Shown: positions 18,341 to 28,284 of the stretch, in pieces
Layout: every line of letters starts with the position of its first letter
How positions within the stretch are numbered: the stretch's first letter is position 1
From: an uncultured Gemmatimonadota bacterium
GTDB lineage: Bacteria > SM23-81 > DAOVCL01
NCBI GenBank assembly: GCA_964626665.1
Contig: CAZVGK010000002.1
Span: 96,001-160,000, forward strand
Length of the DNA: 64,000 nucleotides
Direction: 5' to 3'
Position numbers and translations under genes: made by a program
Notes under the pieces: model-generated
What the model was told of the DNA's origin: nothing
Database searches by the model: none
The model's input: the letters and a program-made list of their open reading frames with translations, nothing else

Positions 18341-19705
18341 CTAAGTGGGGGAGAGGCCATATCTCTCTATCTTCCGGTAGAGGGTCGATGGATCAACCCT
18401 GAGGATCTCTGAGGCCTTGCTCTTTTGCCATTTCGTCTCCTTAAGCACCCAATAAATGTAGGCCTTCTCCACCGCCTCTATTGTGGGTAGAGAAGGCGGT
18501 TCCCTGCGAACCAACTGGGGTGAAGGGGGGTTGCTGAGGTTCTCAGGCAGCTCATCTGGCTTGATCTCGTTGCTTCGGGCCAAGATCACTGCCCTCTCCA
18601 AGACATTCTCTAACTCCCGCACATTTCCCGGCCAGGAATAGCCCAGCATAAGCTCCAGGGCCTCCGGGGAGAGGTTTTTCTTCTTCCCGGTTGCTTGGGC
18701 ATACCTCTGGAGAAATACATTGGAGAGGAGTTCTATATCATCCCTTCTCTCCCTGAGAGGGGGGATGCAGAGGGGGATCACATTTAGCCTGTAGAAGAGG
18801 TCGGGCCTGAACTTTCCCATCTTGATCATAGCCTCCAGGTCTGCGTTGGTCGCCGCTATCAATCGCACATCCACTGGGATTGGTTTCGTCCCCCCCACGG
18901 GCATAATCTCCCTCTCCTCCAGCACCCTGAGGAGCTTGACCTGAATGGAAGGTGAGGTCTCTCCTACTTCATCTAAGAAGAAGGTTCCCTTATCGGCCAC
19001 CTTAAAGAGCCCATCCTTATCCCTCACTGCTCCGGTAAAGGAACCCTTGATGTGACCAAATAGCTCACTCTCCAAGAGGTTCTCCGGTAGGGCAGCGCAG
19101 TTTATGGAGACAAACGGGCCGGAGGATCGTTGGGAACCATTATGGATGGCCCTGGCGATAAGCTCCTTTCCTGTCCCACTCTCCCCATAGATGAGAACCG
19201 TGCTTTCGGTCTGGGCTATCTTCTGAGCGGTCTCCTTCAACTCCTGGGCCTTCTGGCTGTTGCCGATGAAGTCACTGAAGTCAAAATCTCGCTTGATCCT
19301 CCTCTTTAGCTCCCTGTTCTCTTGAGTTAGCCTTTTGTGTTCCAGGGCCCGGCTTACGGCTAACTTTATCTCCCCCACCTTGAATGGCTTGGTGATGTAA
19401 TCGTTTGCCCCCATCTTTAAGGCCTCTATGGCCGTATCCAAGGAGGCAAAAGCGGTGAGAACTATGAAGCCAAGTTCGGAGTCCATCTTCCTCACCTGGG
19501 AGAGCAACTCCAGTCCGCCCATTTGAGGCATCCGCAGATCGGCGATCACCAGATCAAAGGGGGTTTTGCCCAGAAGTTTCAGGGCCTGCAGGCCGTCTGA
19601 GGCCGTAACAACATCATAATTCTCCTTTCTTAGGGTAAACGACATTACCTGGCAGAGGCTCTCCTCGTCGTCTACAACCAAGATTTTCCCTTTAGCCTCG
19701 GGCAT
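18341..19705 (-). CDS. pilR: Sigma54-dependent response regulator, PilR-like (REC-AAA+-HTH)
   Basis: ILVVDDE, GESGTGKE, ESELFGHIKGSFTGA, WPGNVRELEN; downstream of pilC and a sensor kinase. Confidence 0.85.
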   Translation of the reverse strand: MPEAKGKILVVDDEESLCQVMSFTLRKENYDVVTASDGLQALKLLGKTPFDLVIADLRMPQMGGLELLSQVRKMDSELGFIVLTAFASLDTAIEALKMGANDYITKPFKVGEIKLAVSRALEHKRLTQENRELKRRIKRDFDFSDFIGNSQKAQELKETAQKIAQTESTVLIYGESGTGKELIARAIHNGSQRSSGPFVSINCAALPENLLESELFGHIKGSFTGAVRDKDGLFKVADKGTFFLDEVGETSPSIQVKLLRVLEEREIMPVGGTKPIPVDVRLIAATNADLEAMIKMGKFRPDLFYRLNVIPLCIPPLRERRDDIELLSNVFLQRYAQATGKKKNLSPEALELMLGYSWPGNVRELENVLERAVILARSNEIKPDELPENLSNPPSPQLVRREPPSLPTIEAVEKAYIYWVLKETKWQKSKASEILRVDPSTLYRKIERYGLSPT

Positions 19706-21335
19706 ATCCTTCCCCTTCCAAGGTGATAAAGAAGATTGTTCCCTTTCCTGGCTGGCTCTCCACCTTTATCTGGCCGCTATGTTCCTCAACGATCCTCTCG
19801 GCTATGGAGAGGCCTAACCCAGTCCCCCCTTTCTTGGTGGAGAAGAAGGGCTGGAAGATCCTCTCCCTGTCCGCGGGGGCTATCCCCCGGCCATTGTCCC
19901 TGATGGACAATCTCACCTCGCCGTTTTTTGCACCAGCCACCTCAAACCGCACCCACCCCTCTCCCTCCAAGGCCTCCAAGCCATTTAGGCCTAAGTTGAG
20001 GAGGGCCTGCTTCAGTTGATCCTCGTCACCCCTTACCCAAAGGGGCACATCCCCCAATTTGGCCTCTATCTTTCCCCTTTTGGGGCTCCCCGCATCCCGC
20101 CGCAGGAGGGCAGCCACCTCAGCGGCCAAATTCCTCAGATCCAGGGTTTTAAACCTCCCCTTGCCCGGCCTGGCGAAGGAGAGGAAATCCTGGAGGATTC
20201 CATTTAACCTGTCCGACTCCTTGATGATGAGGTCCATCAACTTCCCCTCTTCTCCCGTCAATTTGAGCTCGCTCTGCAAAACCTCCACCGATCCCCTGAT
20301 GGAGGAGAGGGGATTTCTGATCTCATGGGCCACATTGGCCGAAAGCTGGCCTACAGCGGCCAGCCTGTCGGCCTTCCTCATCTTCTCCTCCAACTTCTTT
20401 ACCTCCGTAAGATCTTGAAACACGGCGATTATCCCCCTTACCCCCCCCTGGTTATCCTTTAAAATGGAGGTGTTTATCCCCACCGGCCTCTCCCTTCCCT
20501 TATCCCTGATGAGCAGTTCCCCCCGGGATTCCCCCTTCCCGCTGTAAAGGGACTGCCTCATCAACTCACCTAATTCTGGGAATTGAGGGGAGATAACCTG
20601 CTCAAATCCCCTGCCCACGATCTCTTCCCTCTTTCTCCCCAGAATCTCCTCTGCCGTGTGATTGAAGTAGGCTATCTCTCCATTCCGATCCAGGGTGATG
20701 AGGCCACTTCTCATATGTTGCAGGATGTCGTCTGTCTCCAGCTTGGCCCTGCTCAGTTGGATGGAGGCGCTCTTTAGTTGCTCTGCCCTCTCCTTTAACC
20801 TCTCGGCCAAGAAGCCGCTAAGAAAGGCGGTGAGAAAGAAGAAGCAGATGTAGAGGTAAAGGGCCAGGAATATCTTATCGCTGGGATAGGAGATTGCCCC
20901 CGCGGGGCTAAGCAGTATCCCCTTGCTCTCCAGCCAGATGATCAGCTCATAGAGCACACCAGCCCAGGTGGCCACTAAAAGCCCGCCCTTTAACCCAAAG
21001 AGTATGCTTCCACTGATGATGGAGAAGACAAAGAGAAGGATAAATGGACTGTTTACCCCACCGGAGTAGTGAACTATCCCCCCCTCCAAGACCACCTCAA
21101 AGAGGAGCTGAAATCCCAAAAAGCCGGGGTAAGGTGTATCCCCCACCTTCCTCCCCCGACGGAGGGCAACAAGGTAGACCAAGGTCCCCATACCGTAGAG
21201 GACCAGAAGGGGATAGAGAAAGCTCTCCTCACGGAGGAAGAAAAGGATAGCCCCGGAGATGAGGAGAAAAATCACCAGTCTGGAGACCAACAGCCATCTA
21301 AACCTGCTTAAATCGTCCTCCATCTGGATTTTCAT
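19692..21335 (-). CDS. pilS: Membrane sensor histidine kinase, PilS-like
   Basis: About 6 N-terminal TMs with SGGVNSPF, PAS, AHEIRNPL, PFFSTK.GGTGLGL. Confidence 0.82.
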   Translation of the reverse strand: MKIQMEDDLSRFRWLLVSRLVIFLLISGAILFFLREESFLYPLLVLYGMGTLVYLVALRRGRKVGDTPYPGFLGFQLLFEVVLEGGIVHYSGGVNSPFILLFVFSIISGSILFGLKGGLLVATWAGVLYELIIWLESKGILLSPAGAISYPSDKIFLALYLYICFFFLTAFLSGFLAERLKERAEQLKSASIQLSRAKLETDDILQHMRSGLITLDRNGEIAYFNHTAEEILGRKREEIVGRGFEQVISPQFPELGELMRQSLYSGKGESRGELLIRDKGRERPVGINTSILKDNQGGVRGIIAVFQDLTEVKKLEEKMRKADRLAAVGQLSANVAHEIRNPLSSIRGSVEVLQSELKLTGEEGKLMDLIIKESDRLNGILQDFLSFARPGKGRFKTLDLRNLAAEVAALLRRDAGSPKRGKIEAKLGDVPLWVRGDEDQLKQALLNLGLNGLEALEGEGWVRFEVAGAKNGEVRLSIRDNGRGIAPADRERIFQPFFSTKKGGTGLGLSIAERIVEEHSGQIKVESQPGKGTIFFITLEGEGYARG

Positions 21336-21340
21336 CTTCT

Positions 21341-22540
21341 TTATTGGATGACTCCGATGAGGTCAAACATCGGAAGATACATTGCAATTAAGACGAAGCC
21401 GATGACTGCTCCCATCACCACTATCACCACAGGTTCTATTATCGAGGTGAGGGCACCAACCGCCGCATCTACCTCATCCTCGTAGAAATCGGCTACTTTT
21501 CCTAACATCTCGTCAAGGCCTCCCGTCTTCTCTCCTACGGAGATCATCTGCACCACCATAGGGGGGAAGACGCCAGTTTCCTGCAGGGGCTGGGCGATGG
21601 TATCCCCCTGGGCAATTGCCGTTACCGCTTGGCGAACCGCATTGTAGATAACCTTGTTGCCAGCGGTCTTGGCGGTAATCTCTAAGCTATCCAGGATAGG
21701 AACTCCACTGCTTAGCAGGGTTCCCAGGGTTCTGCTGAACCTGGCGATTATGCTCTTGCGCAGCATGTTCCCTATGATAGGGATCTTCAGTTTAAACTTG
21801 TCTATGATCAGCCTCCCAGAGGGGGTCTTGGAAAAATACCTATAGGCTATGCCCAACCCAATCAGGAGCACAATACCCCAAAGAATGTTTGACCTGAGGA
21901 TGCCGCTGAGAGCCAAAACTATCTTGGTGGGGAGGGGAAGTTCAGCCCCAAATCCCTGAAAGAGTCGGGCGAAGACGGGGACGATAAAGGTGATCAGGAA
22001 AAGGGTCGCCCCCGCAGCCACCACGCTGATCACCGCCGGATAATACATTGCCCCCTTGATCTTCCTCTTCAGGGCGTCAACCTTTTCCCGATAGCTGGCC
22101 AACCGCAAAAGGATTGTATCCAGAGCTCCTCCTATCTCCCCGGCCTCCACCATATTGACGAAGAGCTCATCGAATATCTTGGGGTGTTTGCCCAGGGCCT
22201 CGGCCAGGGTTGAGCCGCTCTGTACCCTTTCCCTCACATCGTTCAGGGCATTCTTTAAAGCAGGGCTCGTTGCCTGATCAGAGAGGATCTCCAGGGATTG
22301 CACCAGGGGAAGTCCGGCCTCAATCATCGTGGCAAACTGCCTGGCCATCCTGGAGATCTCCGTGGATTTGACCCTTCTGCTTATATGGAGGTGGATCTCC
22401 CTGGGCTTGGATCGGGCCTCGGTAACCAAGATCCTTTTCCTTCTCAGGATCCTGCGGACTTCATCCTGGGAGCGGGCGGCTATCTCCCCGGTCACCTCAG
22501 AGCCGGAGAGCGTTTTTCCCACATATTCAAAGACTGGCAA
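21341..22540 (-). CDS. pilC: Type IV pilus platform protein PilC
   Basis: RQFATMIEAGLPL, EAGEIGGALD, GEKTGGLDEML, AMYLPMF. Confidence 0.95.
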   Translation of the reverse strand: MPVFEYVGKTLSGSEVTGEIAARSQDEVRRILRRKRILVTEARSKPREIHLHISRRVKSTEISRMARQFATMIEAGLPLVQSLEILSDQATSPALKNALNDVRERVQSGSTLAEALGKHPKIFDELFVNMVEAGEIGGALDTILLRLASYREKVDALKRKIKGAMYYPAVISVVAAGATLFLITFIVPVFARLFQGFGAELPLPTKIVLALSGILRSNILWGIVLLIGLGIAYRYFSKTPSGRLIIDKFKLKIPIIGNMLRKSIIARFSRTLGTLLSSGVPILDSLEITAKTAGNKVIYNAVRQAVTAIAQGDTIAQPLQETGVFPPMVVQMISVGEKTGGLDEMLGKVADFYEDEVDAAVGALTSIIEPVVIVVMGAVIGFVLIAMYLPMFDLIGVIQ

Positions 22541-22682
22541 AATATACCCCCTTTCCAGTAAGAGCTAAAAATTGAAAATTGTAAAGTGCAAAAGTTAAAC
22601 TGATCTTTTCTTTCAATTCGGACAAAAGTTCACCCCAGTATCTCACCAAAGTCCCTGCCGTCAATGCGAAGCTTCGCTAAGC

Positions 22683-23750
22683 CTATATTGCTCGTCTGCG
22701 GGCCATCATCTCCTTCAGTTCCTGTGGATTTGTGCTGCGAGAGAGGGCATCCTCTAAGCTTATCTTCCGCGCCAGATGGAGCTCCATCAAGGATTGATTC
22801 ATCGTCTTCATTCCATATTTTTGACCAGCTTGGATAAGGCTATATATCTGATGAACCTTACCATCCCTGATCATAGCCTTGATCGCCGGGGTGCAGATCA
22901 TCACCTCCAGGGCCAGGACCCTTCCCCCCCCGATTTTGGGGATGAGCTGTTGAGAGACCACTGCCTGGATAACAAAGGAGAGCTGGATCTTCACCTGTTC
23001 CTGCTTTTCCTTGGGGAAAACATCAATGATCCTCTTGATGGACTCTATCGCCGATCCGGTGTGCAGGGTGGCAAAGGCCAGATGACCGGTTTCAGATATG
23101 GTTAAGGCTGATTCCATAGTCTCCAGATCCCTCATCTCGCCGATCATCACCACATCGGGGTCCTGTCTCAGGGCATACTTCAAGGCTTGGGCAAAGGAGT
23201 CGGTGTCCGCCTTCACCTCCCTCTGATTTATCAGACAATTGTTGTGTTTGTGTAGGTATTCAATGGGGTCCTCCACGGTGAGGATGTGCAACTTCCTTTC
23301 CCTGTTTATCTTGTCCAGGATGGTAGCCAGGGTGGTTGATTTTCCGGACCCAGTGGGCCCGGTGATCAGGACCAATCCCTGAGGGAGGTTGGCCAAGTCG
23401 GAGACCTGTTTAGGGATACCCAACTCCTCAAAGGAACCTATCTTAAATGGTATCTGCCTGATGGCCGCGGCCACACATCCCCTTTGCAGGTAGATGTTGC
23501 ACCTAAACCGGGACATATTTTCCAGGCCAAAGGAGAGATCGAGCTCCTTGCTCTCCTCGAACCTCTGCTTCTGCTTCTCGGTCATTATGCTATAGGAAAG
23601 CCTCTTGGTGTCCTCCGAAGTGAGGGGAGGATGTTGAGATTTATTCAGCGCTCCATCCACCCGGAACATCGGCGGGGCTCCAACTGTGAGATGAAGATCT
23701 GAGGCTTTTAGCCTGAACATCTCCTCTAACAGTTCCCTGAGAGTCAACAA
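22683..23750 (-). CDS. pilT: Type IV pilus retraction ATPase PilT
   Basis: ASDLHL, GPTGSGKSTT, EDPIEY, LRQDPDVVMIGEMRD, AIKAMIRD (AIRNLIRE-like). Confidence 0.93.
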   Translation of the reverse strand: MLTLRELLEEMFRLKASDLHLTVGAPPMFRVDGALNKSQHPPLTSEDTKRLSYSIMTEKQKQRFEESKELDLSFGLENMSRFRCNIYLQRGCVAAAIRQIPFKIGSFEELGIPKQVSDLANLPQGLVLITGPTGSGKSTTLATILDKINRERKLHILTVEDPIEYLHKHNNCLINQREVKADTDSFAQALKYALRQDPDVVMIGEMRDLETMESALTISETGHLAFATLHTGSAIESIKRIIDVFPKEKQEQVKIQLSFVIQAVVSQQLIPKIGGGRVLALEVMICTPAIKAMIRDGKVHQIYSLIQAGQKYGMKTMNQSLMELHLARKISLEDALSRSTNPQELKEMMARRRAI

Positions 23751-23799
23751 GTTAAACTCCTTTTTTAATTTGCCTATTTGTAATTACTTACCACTGACA

Positions 23800-23949
23800 A
23801 CCACGGACTAACACAGAAATGGTCAATGATCAATGAACAATTATCAATGAAAAATGGCACCTACCTCAGGATTTTCTGGCGTCATTTCATTTTAACTTGC
23901 CAATTGTTAATTGATCATTGATGATGGTCCATTCCACCAGATTCCGTGG
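23800..23949. repeat. ~150-bp MITE-like repeat, copy 1
   Basis: Ends ACCACGGA..TCCGTGG; internal CAATGAT-like heptamers; homologous to 33122-33270 (inverted) and 60421-60534. Confidence 0.7.
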
Positions 23950-23979
23950 GGAATGTTACATAAAATTCAATTGGTCTTC

Positions 23980-25674
23980 TTACAGATTTCCTGCCGTTTC
24001 CCCTAAGACCTCTTCCACTGTGGTTATCCCTTGTTTTAGTTTCTGTAAGCCAGCTTCCCTGAGGCTGAGCATCCCCTCCTCATTGGCGGCAACCTCCAGT
24101 TCCTGAGATGATTTCCCCTCTAAGATCAATTTCTCCAGCCTTCCAGTTATGGGCATCACCTCATAAGCTGCCGTGCGGCCAGAGAAGCCCGTGTTGTTAC
24201 AGGTAGGGCATCCTTTCCCCCGATAGAACTCCATCCCCTTGAGCTCCTGAGGGGGGAGGTCTAGTCTCCCTAAGATCTCCGCGGGGATCTCTACCTTCTC
24301 CTTACAATGCACACATATCTGGCGAAATAACCGCTGGGCGATGATCATCCTCACCGAAGAGGCTACCAAAAAGGAGGGAATTCCCATATCTACCAGCCTG
24401 TTTATAGTGCTGGGGGCATCGTTGGTGTGCAGGGTGCTGAAGACCAAGTGCCCGGTGAGGGCAGCTCGAATGGCGATTTGGGCCGTCTCCAGATCCCTTA
24501 TCTCTCCAACCATAATTATATCCGGATCCTGCCTTAAGAATGAACGGAGGCTGGCGGCAAATGTCAGACCTATCTCCTGGTGCATCTGGATCTGGTTTAT
24601 CCCTCCAATGTTATACTCCACCGGGTCCTCTGCGGTCATTATGTTTACATCTGGTTTGTTTAATTGGCTTAAGGCCGAATAGAGGGTGGTTGTCTTCCCG
24701 CTTCCGGTAGGCCCGGTAACCAGGATCATCCCATAGGGTTGATGGATGGCGTAATCGAACTGCTTGAGGGAGCCTTCAGGAAAGCCCAATTTGGTAAGAT
24801 CAAGCATTAAGCTCTTGGGATCCAAGATTCTCATCACCACCTTTTCCCCAAATATGGTGGGAATGGTGGAGACCCGTAAGTCGATCTTCCTTCCGGCAAC
24901 CTTTACCTTTATCCTGCCATCCTGAGGCCTTCTCCTCTCCGATATATCTAAATTGGCCATTATCTTTATCCGGGAGACGACGGCTGCCCGCAGCTTGTAG
25001 GGAAGGGGAGCCATCTCCTGCAGGATCCCATCTATCCTATATCTGACCCGTAACTTTTTCTCGTAGGTTTCTATGTGGATGTCACTGGCCTTTCTTCTGA
25101 TGGCATCTGTAATCAAGCCATCAACCAACCTAACCAGGGGTTTGTCCTCGATGGCCGACTTCAGCTCCTGCTCGTCTAAACTCTCTTCCTCAACGATCTC
25201 CAGGTTACCCACATCCAGATCCTTCATCAACCTGGAGAGGGATTCTGATTCGTCGTAATATTGATCTAAGGCACCCTTTATGTCATTTTCATTGCTGATC
25301 ACCAGTTGCACATTAAACCCGGTAATGAACTTGATCATATCCATTACGAATATGTTCTCTGGGTCGGAGATGGCCACAATCAGGGTTTTGCTTAGCTTGC
25401 TCACGGCGATGACATTGAATTTGCGGGCGATGTCCACGGGGATGAGTTTGACCACCTGGGGGTTAAGTTCAATCTCTGTAAGGTTCAGTGTTCCGATATT
25501 TAGCTGGCGGCCCAAGAATTCTGTGATCACATTTTCATCCTTGACCACCCCCATCTCCACCAGGATCTGGCCTATCTTCCCCCCTTTCTCCTTCTGGATG
25601 GAAAGGGCCTTCTCCAATTGCTCTTGGGTTATCTTGCCAGCCTTTACCAGCAGGCTGCCTAATTTACTGGCCAC
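23980..25674 (-). CDS. pilB: Type IV pilus assembly ATPase PilB
   Basis: N-terminal MshEN-like KLGSLLVKAGKIT, ASDIHIE, GPTGSGKTTT, CxxC..CxxC zinc motif. Confidence 0.95.
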   Translation of the reverse strand: MASKLGSLLVKAGKITQEQLEKALSIQKEKGGKIGQILVEMGVVKDENVITEFLGRQLNIGTLNLTEIELNPQVVKLIPVDIARKFNVIAVSKLSKTLIVAISDPENIFVMDMIKFITGFNVQLVISNENDIKGALDQYYDESESLSRLMKDLDVGNLEIVEEESLDEQELKSAIEDKPLVRLVDGLITDAIRRKASDIHIETYEKKLRVRYRIDGILQEMAPLPYKLRAAVVSRIKIMANLDISERRRPQDGRIKVKVAGRKIDLRVSTIPTIFGEKVVMRILDPKSLMLDLTKLGFPEGSLKQFDYAIHQPYGMILVTGPTGSGKTTTLYSALSQLNKPDVNIMTAEDPVEYNIGGINQIQMHQEIGLTFAASLRSFLRQDPDIIMVGEIRDLETAQIAIRAALTGHLVFSTLHTNDAPSTINRLVDMGIPSFLVASSVRMIIAQRLFRQICVHCKEKVEIPAEILGRLDLPPQELKGMEFYRGKGCPTCNNTGFSGRTAAYEVMPITGRLEKLILEGKSSQELEVAANEEGMLSLREAGLQKLKQGITTVEEVLGETAGNL

Positions 25675-25683
25675 ACTTCCTCC

Positions 25684-26160
25684 TTAATCCCCGAATATCT
25701 GGTCCAATCTCTCGTTGGCCTGATCGGTGAACCCTGTCCCGATCCCTTCCACCTCCTCGGGCTTGCTCTTAAGAACCTCCTCCAACTCCGCCTCGGCCTC
25801 CCGTACATAGAGCCGGACCATCCCGATGGTCGTGCGGTCATCGAAGACCACCCCCAGAATGCTTCTCTCCCCCACCAGGGAGACTAGGATGTTGTCCCTC
25901 TTGCCCTCATGGAAGAGAACACTGAATTCTGACTCCCCCAAGAGCTTGGCCATCTCTTTGGTGGAAGCAAAGCTCCCTGCCAGGAGGGCGGCCAGGCTGG
26001 TAGTGTCTAAGGAATGGGTAAAGCCCTGTTTGGCAATGAGGTGACCGTCCTTGTCCACCAAGAGCGAGCATTTGGCCTCACTCTCCCGGAGGAGTTTCTT
26101 CAAAACCTCCTCTATCCTTTCGAATTGTCCTTTATGGATAATAGAAAATCCTTCATTCAC
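25684..26160 (-). CDS. mglB: MglB roadblock/LC7 GTPase-activating protein
   Basis: LLVDKDGHLIA, DTTSLAALLAG, EFSVLFHEG, TTIGMVRL, C-terminal LDQIFGD helix. Confidence 0.9.
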   Translation of the reverse strand: MNEGFSIIHKGQFERIEEVLKKLLRESEAKCSLLVDKDGHLIAKQGFTHSLDTTSLAALLAGSFASTKEMAKLLGESEFSVLFHEGKRDNILVSLVGERSILGVVFDDRTTIGMVRLYVREAEAELEEVLKSKPEEVEGIGTGFTDQANERLDQIFGD

Positions 26161-26176
26161 TTTCTGCCTCCTCTTT

Positions 26177-26353
26177 TGAACTTAGCTCCCTTCGGTCGCT
26201 AACTTCCCATAGGGTCTCCCGACCCTCTGGCGCTCCGCAATCCTACGCTTGCTCGGATTGCTCCGCTGTCCAGATTGAATCCCGCACTTATGCATAAGCG
26301 CGGGACTTCAAACAACCCCCAAAGTTTCGGAATTTCTTAGAATTTCCGAAACT
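26177..26353. repeat. ~175-bp multi-hairpin intergenic repeat, copy 1
   Basis: Highly similar to 31966-32138. Confidence 0.8.
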
Positions 26354-27158
26354 TAAAGATCCGCCAGAGGAAAAAGCCCTTCTTTTTTGGTTTCTCCTTA
26401 GGTTTGGGTGGCTGCGCAACCCAGGGAGGGGTGAACCGCAGTGGGCTTATTCTGTGGGGATGGTAATCCTCCCGAGGGATTTTGGGGATCGCCGGGGAAG
26501 GGGTGGGCTCCATTGCTCTGCTTTGCACTGGCTTTGGCTGAGGAGGAACCGTTGGCTCCGGTGGAGGCATCGCATCCCGGGTGGTGGTCTTTTCCAGCAC
26601 TATCTTGGATATGGACTTTAAGGTATCAAAAACCCCTATCCCCTTGTTGGCCGCCGCCTCAAAAGAGGGAACCCCCCTATAATTGAGGAGTTTGTTGAGT
26701 TCCGCGACGGATGCCCGGTCGGGCAGATCCCTCTTGTTGTATTGGAAGACCAGGGGAATGTCATCCAACCTATATCCATATTCCTGCAAATTCTCCCCTA
26801 AGTTTTGCAGACTCTCCATATTTTCCTTCATCTTGCCCCTCTGAGAGTCTGCCACAAAGACTATGCCATCTACTCCCCGCAATACAAGCCTCCGGGTGGC
26901 GTTGTAATAGACCTGCCCCGGTACCGTATAGAGCTGAAACTTGGTGGCAAACCCCTGGATTGACCCTAAATCCAGGGGGAGAAAGTCGAAGTAGAGGGTT
27001 CTGTCCTTCTCCGTGGCCAAGGAGATCAACTCACCCCTTCTCTCTCTGGGTATCTTCTGATGGACCCATTGCAGATTGGTCGTCTTACCGGAAAGTCCAG
27101 GGCCATAATAGACTACCTTGCAAGATATTTCCCTAAAGGCATAATTTATGGAGACCAA
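26337..27158 (-). CDS. mglA: MglA small GTPase with Pro-rich C-terminal extension
   Basis: KVVYYGPGLSGKTTNL, DRTLYFDF, LYTVPGQ, NKRD. Confidence 0.95.
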   Translation of the reverse strand: MVSINYAFREISCKVVYYGPGLSGKTTNLQWVHQKIPRERRGELISLATEKDRTLYFDFLPLDLGSIQGFATKFQLYTVPGQVYYNATRRLVLRGVDGIVFVADSQRGKMKENMESLQNLGENLQEYGYRLDDIPLVFQYNKRDLPDRASVAELNKLLNYRGVPSFEAAANKGIGVFDTLKSISKIVLEKTTTRDAMPPPEPTVPPQPKPVQSRAMEPTPSPAIPKIPREDYHPHRISPLRFTPPWVAQPPKPKEKPKKKGFFLWRIFKFRKF

Positions 27159-27511
27159 TTCTCCTCCTCCTGAAACCTTGCATGCAACCGCTGTAGGGTA
27201 TTCTTTAACTCCAGCCAGACAAGCCCCAGATTGGCTTCTGGCTCGGTGAGGGCTATCAACAGCCCCAACTCCGCCCCCACAAAGAGCACCTTACCTAACT
27301 CCCCGGAGATCATCCCCTTGATGACGGGTCCAGGATCTAAGTTGGAAAGCGATCTTTCTGAGGTTTGCAGGAGAGCAATCGTTTCAGCGGCCACAACCTC
27401 CTGATTTATCCCTTCCTCCACCTCAGAGGCGATGATCATCCCATCTCTCCCCACCACCATACTTCCCCTCACCCCACTCGTTTTATTTAACTGTGTGAGC
27501 ACCTCTTCCAC
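27146..27511 (-). CDS. Roadblock/LC7 domain protein
   Basis: GVRGSMVVGRDGMIIAS; ANLGLV at C-terminus. Confidence 0.85.
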   Translation of the reverse strand: MEEVLTQLNKTSGVRGSMVVGRDGMIIASEVEEGINQEVVAAETIALLQTSERSLSNLDPGPVIKGMISGELGKVLFVGAELGLLIALTEPEANLGLVWLELKNTLQRLHARFQEEENWSP

Positions 27512-27513
27512 CC

Positions 27514-28284
27514 TTAGCCTCCTCTGATGGTCTCGAGAGCTTTTCCCACTTTAAGCTTAATGGATGCGGGGGAGATCTCCTTCTCTGTGAAAAGGATAAG
27601 ATAGCCAAACGAGGAGTCGAAGAGCCAGATCCTATGGGCTGTGGTGACGAGCTCTATCTCTTGGGTAGCCCCGAACTCCATCCTCTTCATTCCATTCTGG
27701 GCTAAATTGTAGATGGCTGCCCCAGCCACAGCCAGTTCTTCGGGTTTCCCTTCCGTCAAGTTTCCTCCGAAGAGGAGGCCCTCCTTATCCACAAGGGTCA
27801 CACCGGCAACTCCAGGATCCTTATAGAGTCCGTCTATCACCTCGGTCAGCAACTTCCCCCCCCTTCTCTCCCTTCTGGCCCTCTCCTCTGCCACTCTGAG
27901 CAGCCCGGTTATCTGTTGGTTGCCGGGTTGGGAAAGGGAGAGTTCCTTGAGCATCTCCTTTGCCTCGTTTATCCTTCCCCTTTTCAGAAGCAGGCTAGCC
28001 AAGAGCGGGCCCACGGTGTCCTGGGGGAGGCCATGATCGCTAACCCAGTCGACCTCGTATGCGGCCTCATCAAAAAGGTTCATATCCAGGGAGATCTTGG
28101 CCATAACCAAGTGGGCCAACCCATAGTGAGGGTGAACATTTAGTCCCGCCTCGCAGACCTTGTGGGCCTTGTCCAACATCCCCTTCTTCCGGTAGGCATC
28201 GGCCAAGGAGGCAAAAATTGTGGAGTTGGGGTTCTGGGCCAGTATCCTCTGGCAGGTTGCTATCCTTTGGCTAAGTTGGTCCAA
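27514..28284 (-). CDS. TPR plus roadblock/LC7 protein
   Basis: N-terminal TPR (FASLADAYRKKG..A..C..GL..HP.Y); C-terminal GVAGVTLVDKEGLL. Confidence 0.8.
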   Translation of the reverse strand: MDQLSQRIATCQRILAQNPNSTIFASLADAYRKKGMLDKAHKVCEAGLNVHPHYGLAHLVMAKISLDMNLFDEAAYEVDWVSDHGLPQDTVGPLLASLLLKRGRINEAKEMLKELSLSQPGNQQITGLLRVAEERARRERRGGKLLTEVIDGLYKDPGVAGVTLVDKEGLLFGGNLTEGKPEELAVAGAAIYNLAQNGMKRMEFGATQEIELVTTAHRIWLFDSSFGYLILFTEKEISPASIKLKVGKALETIRGG

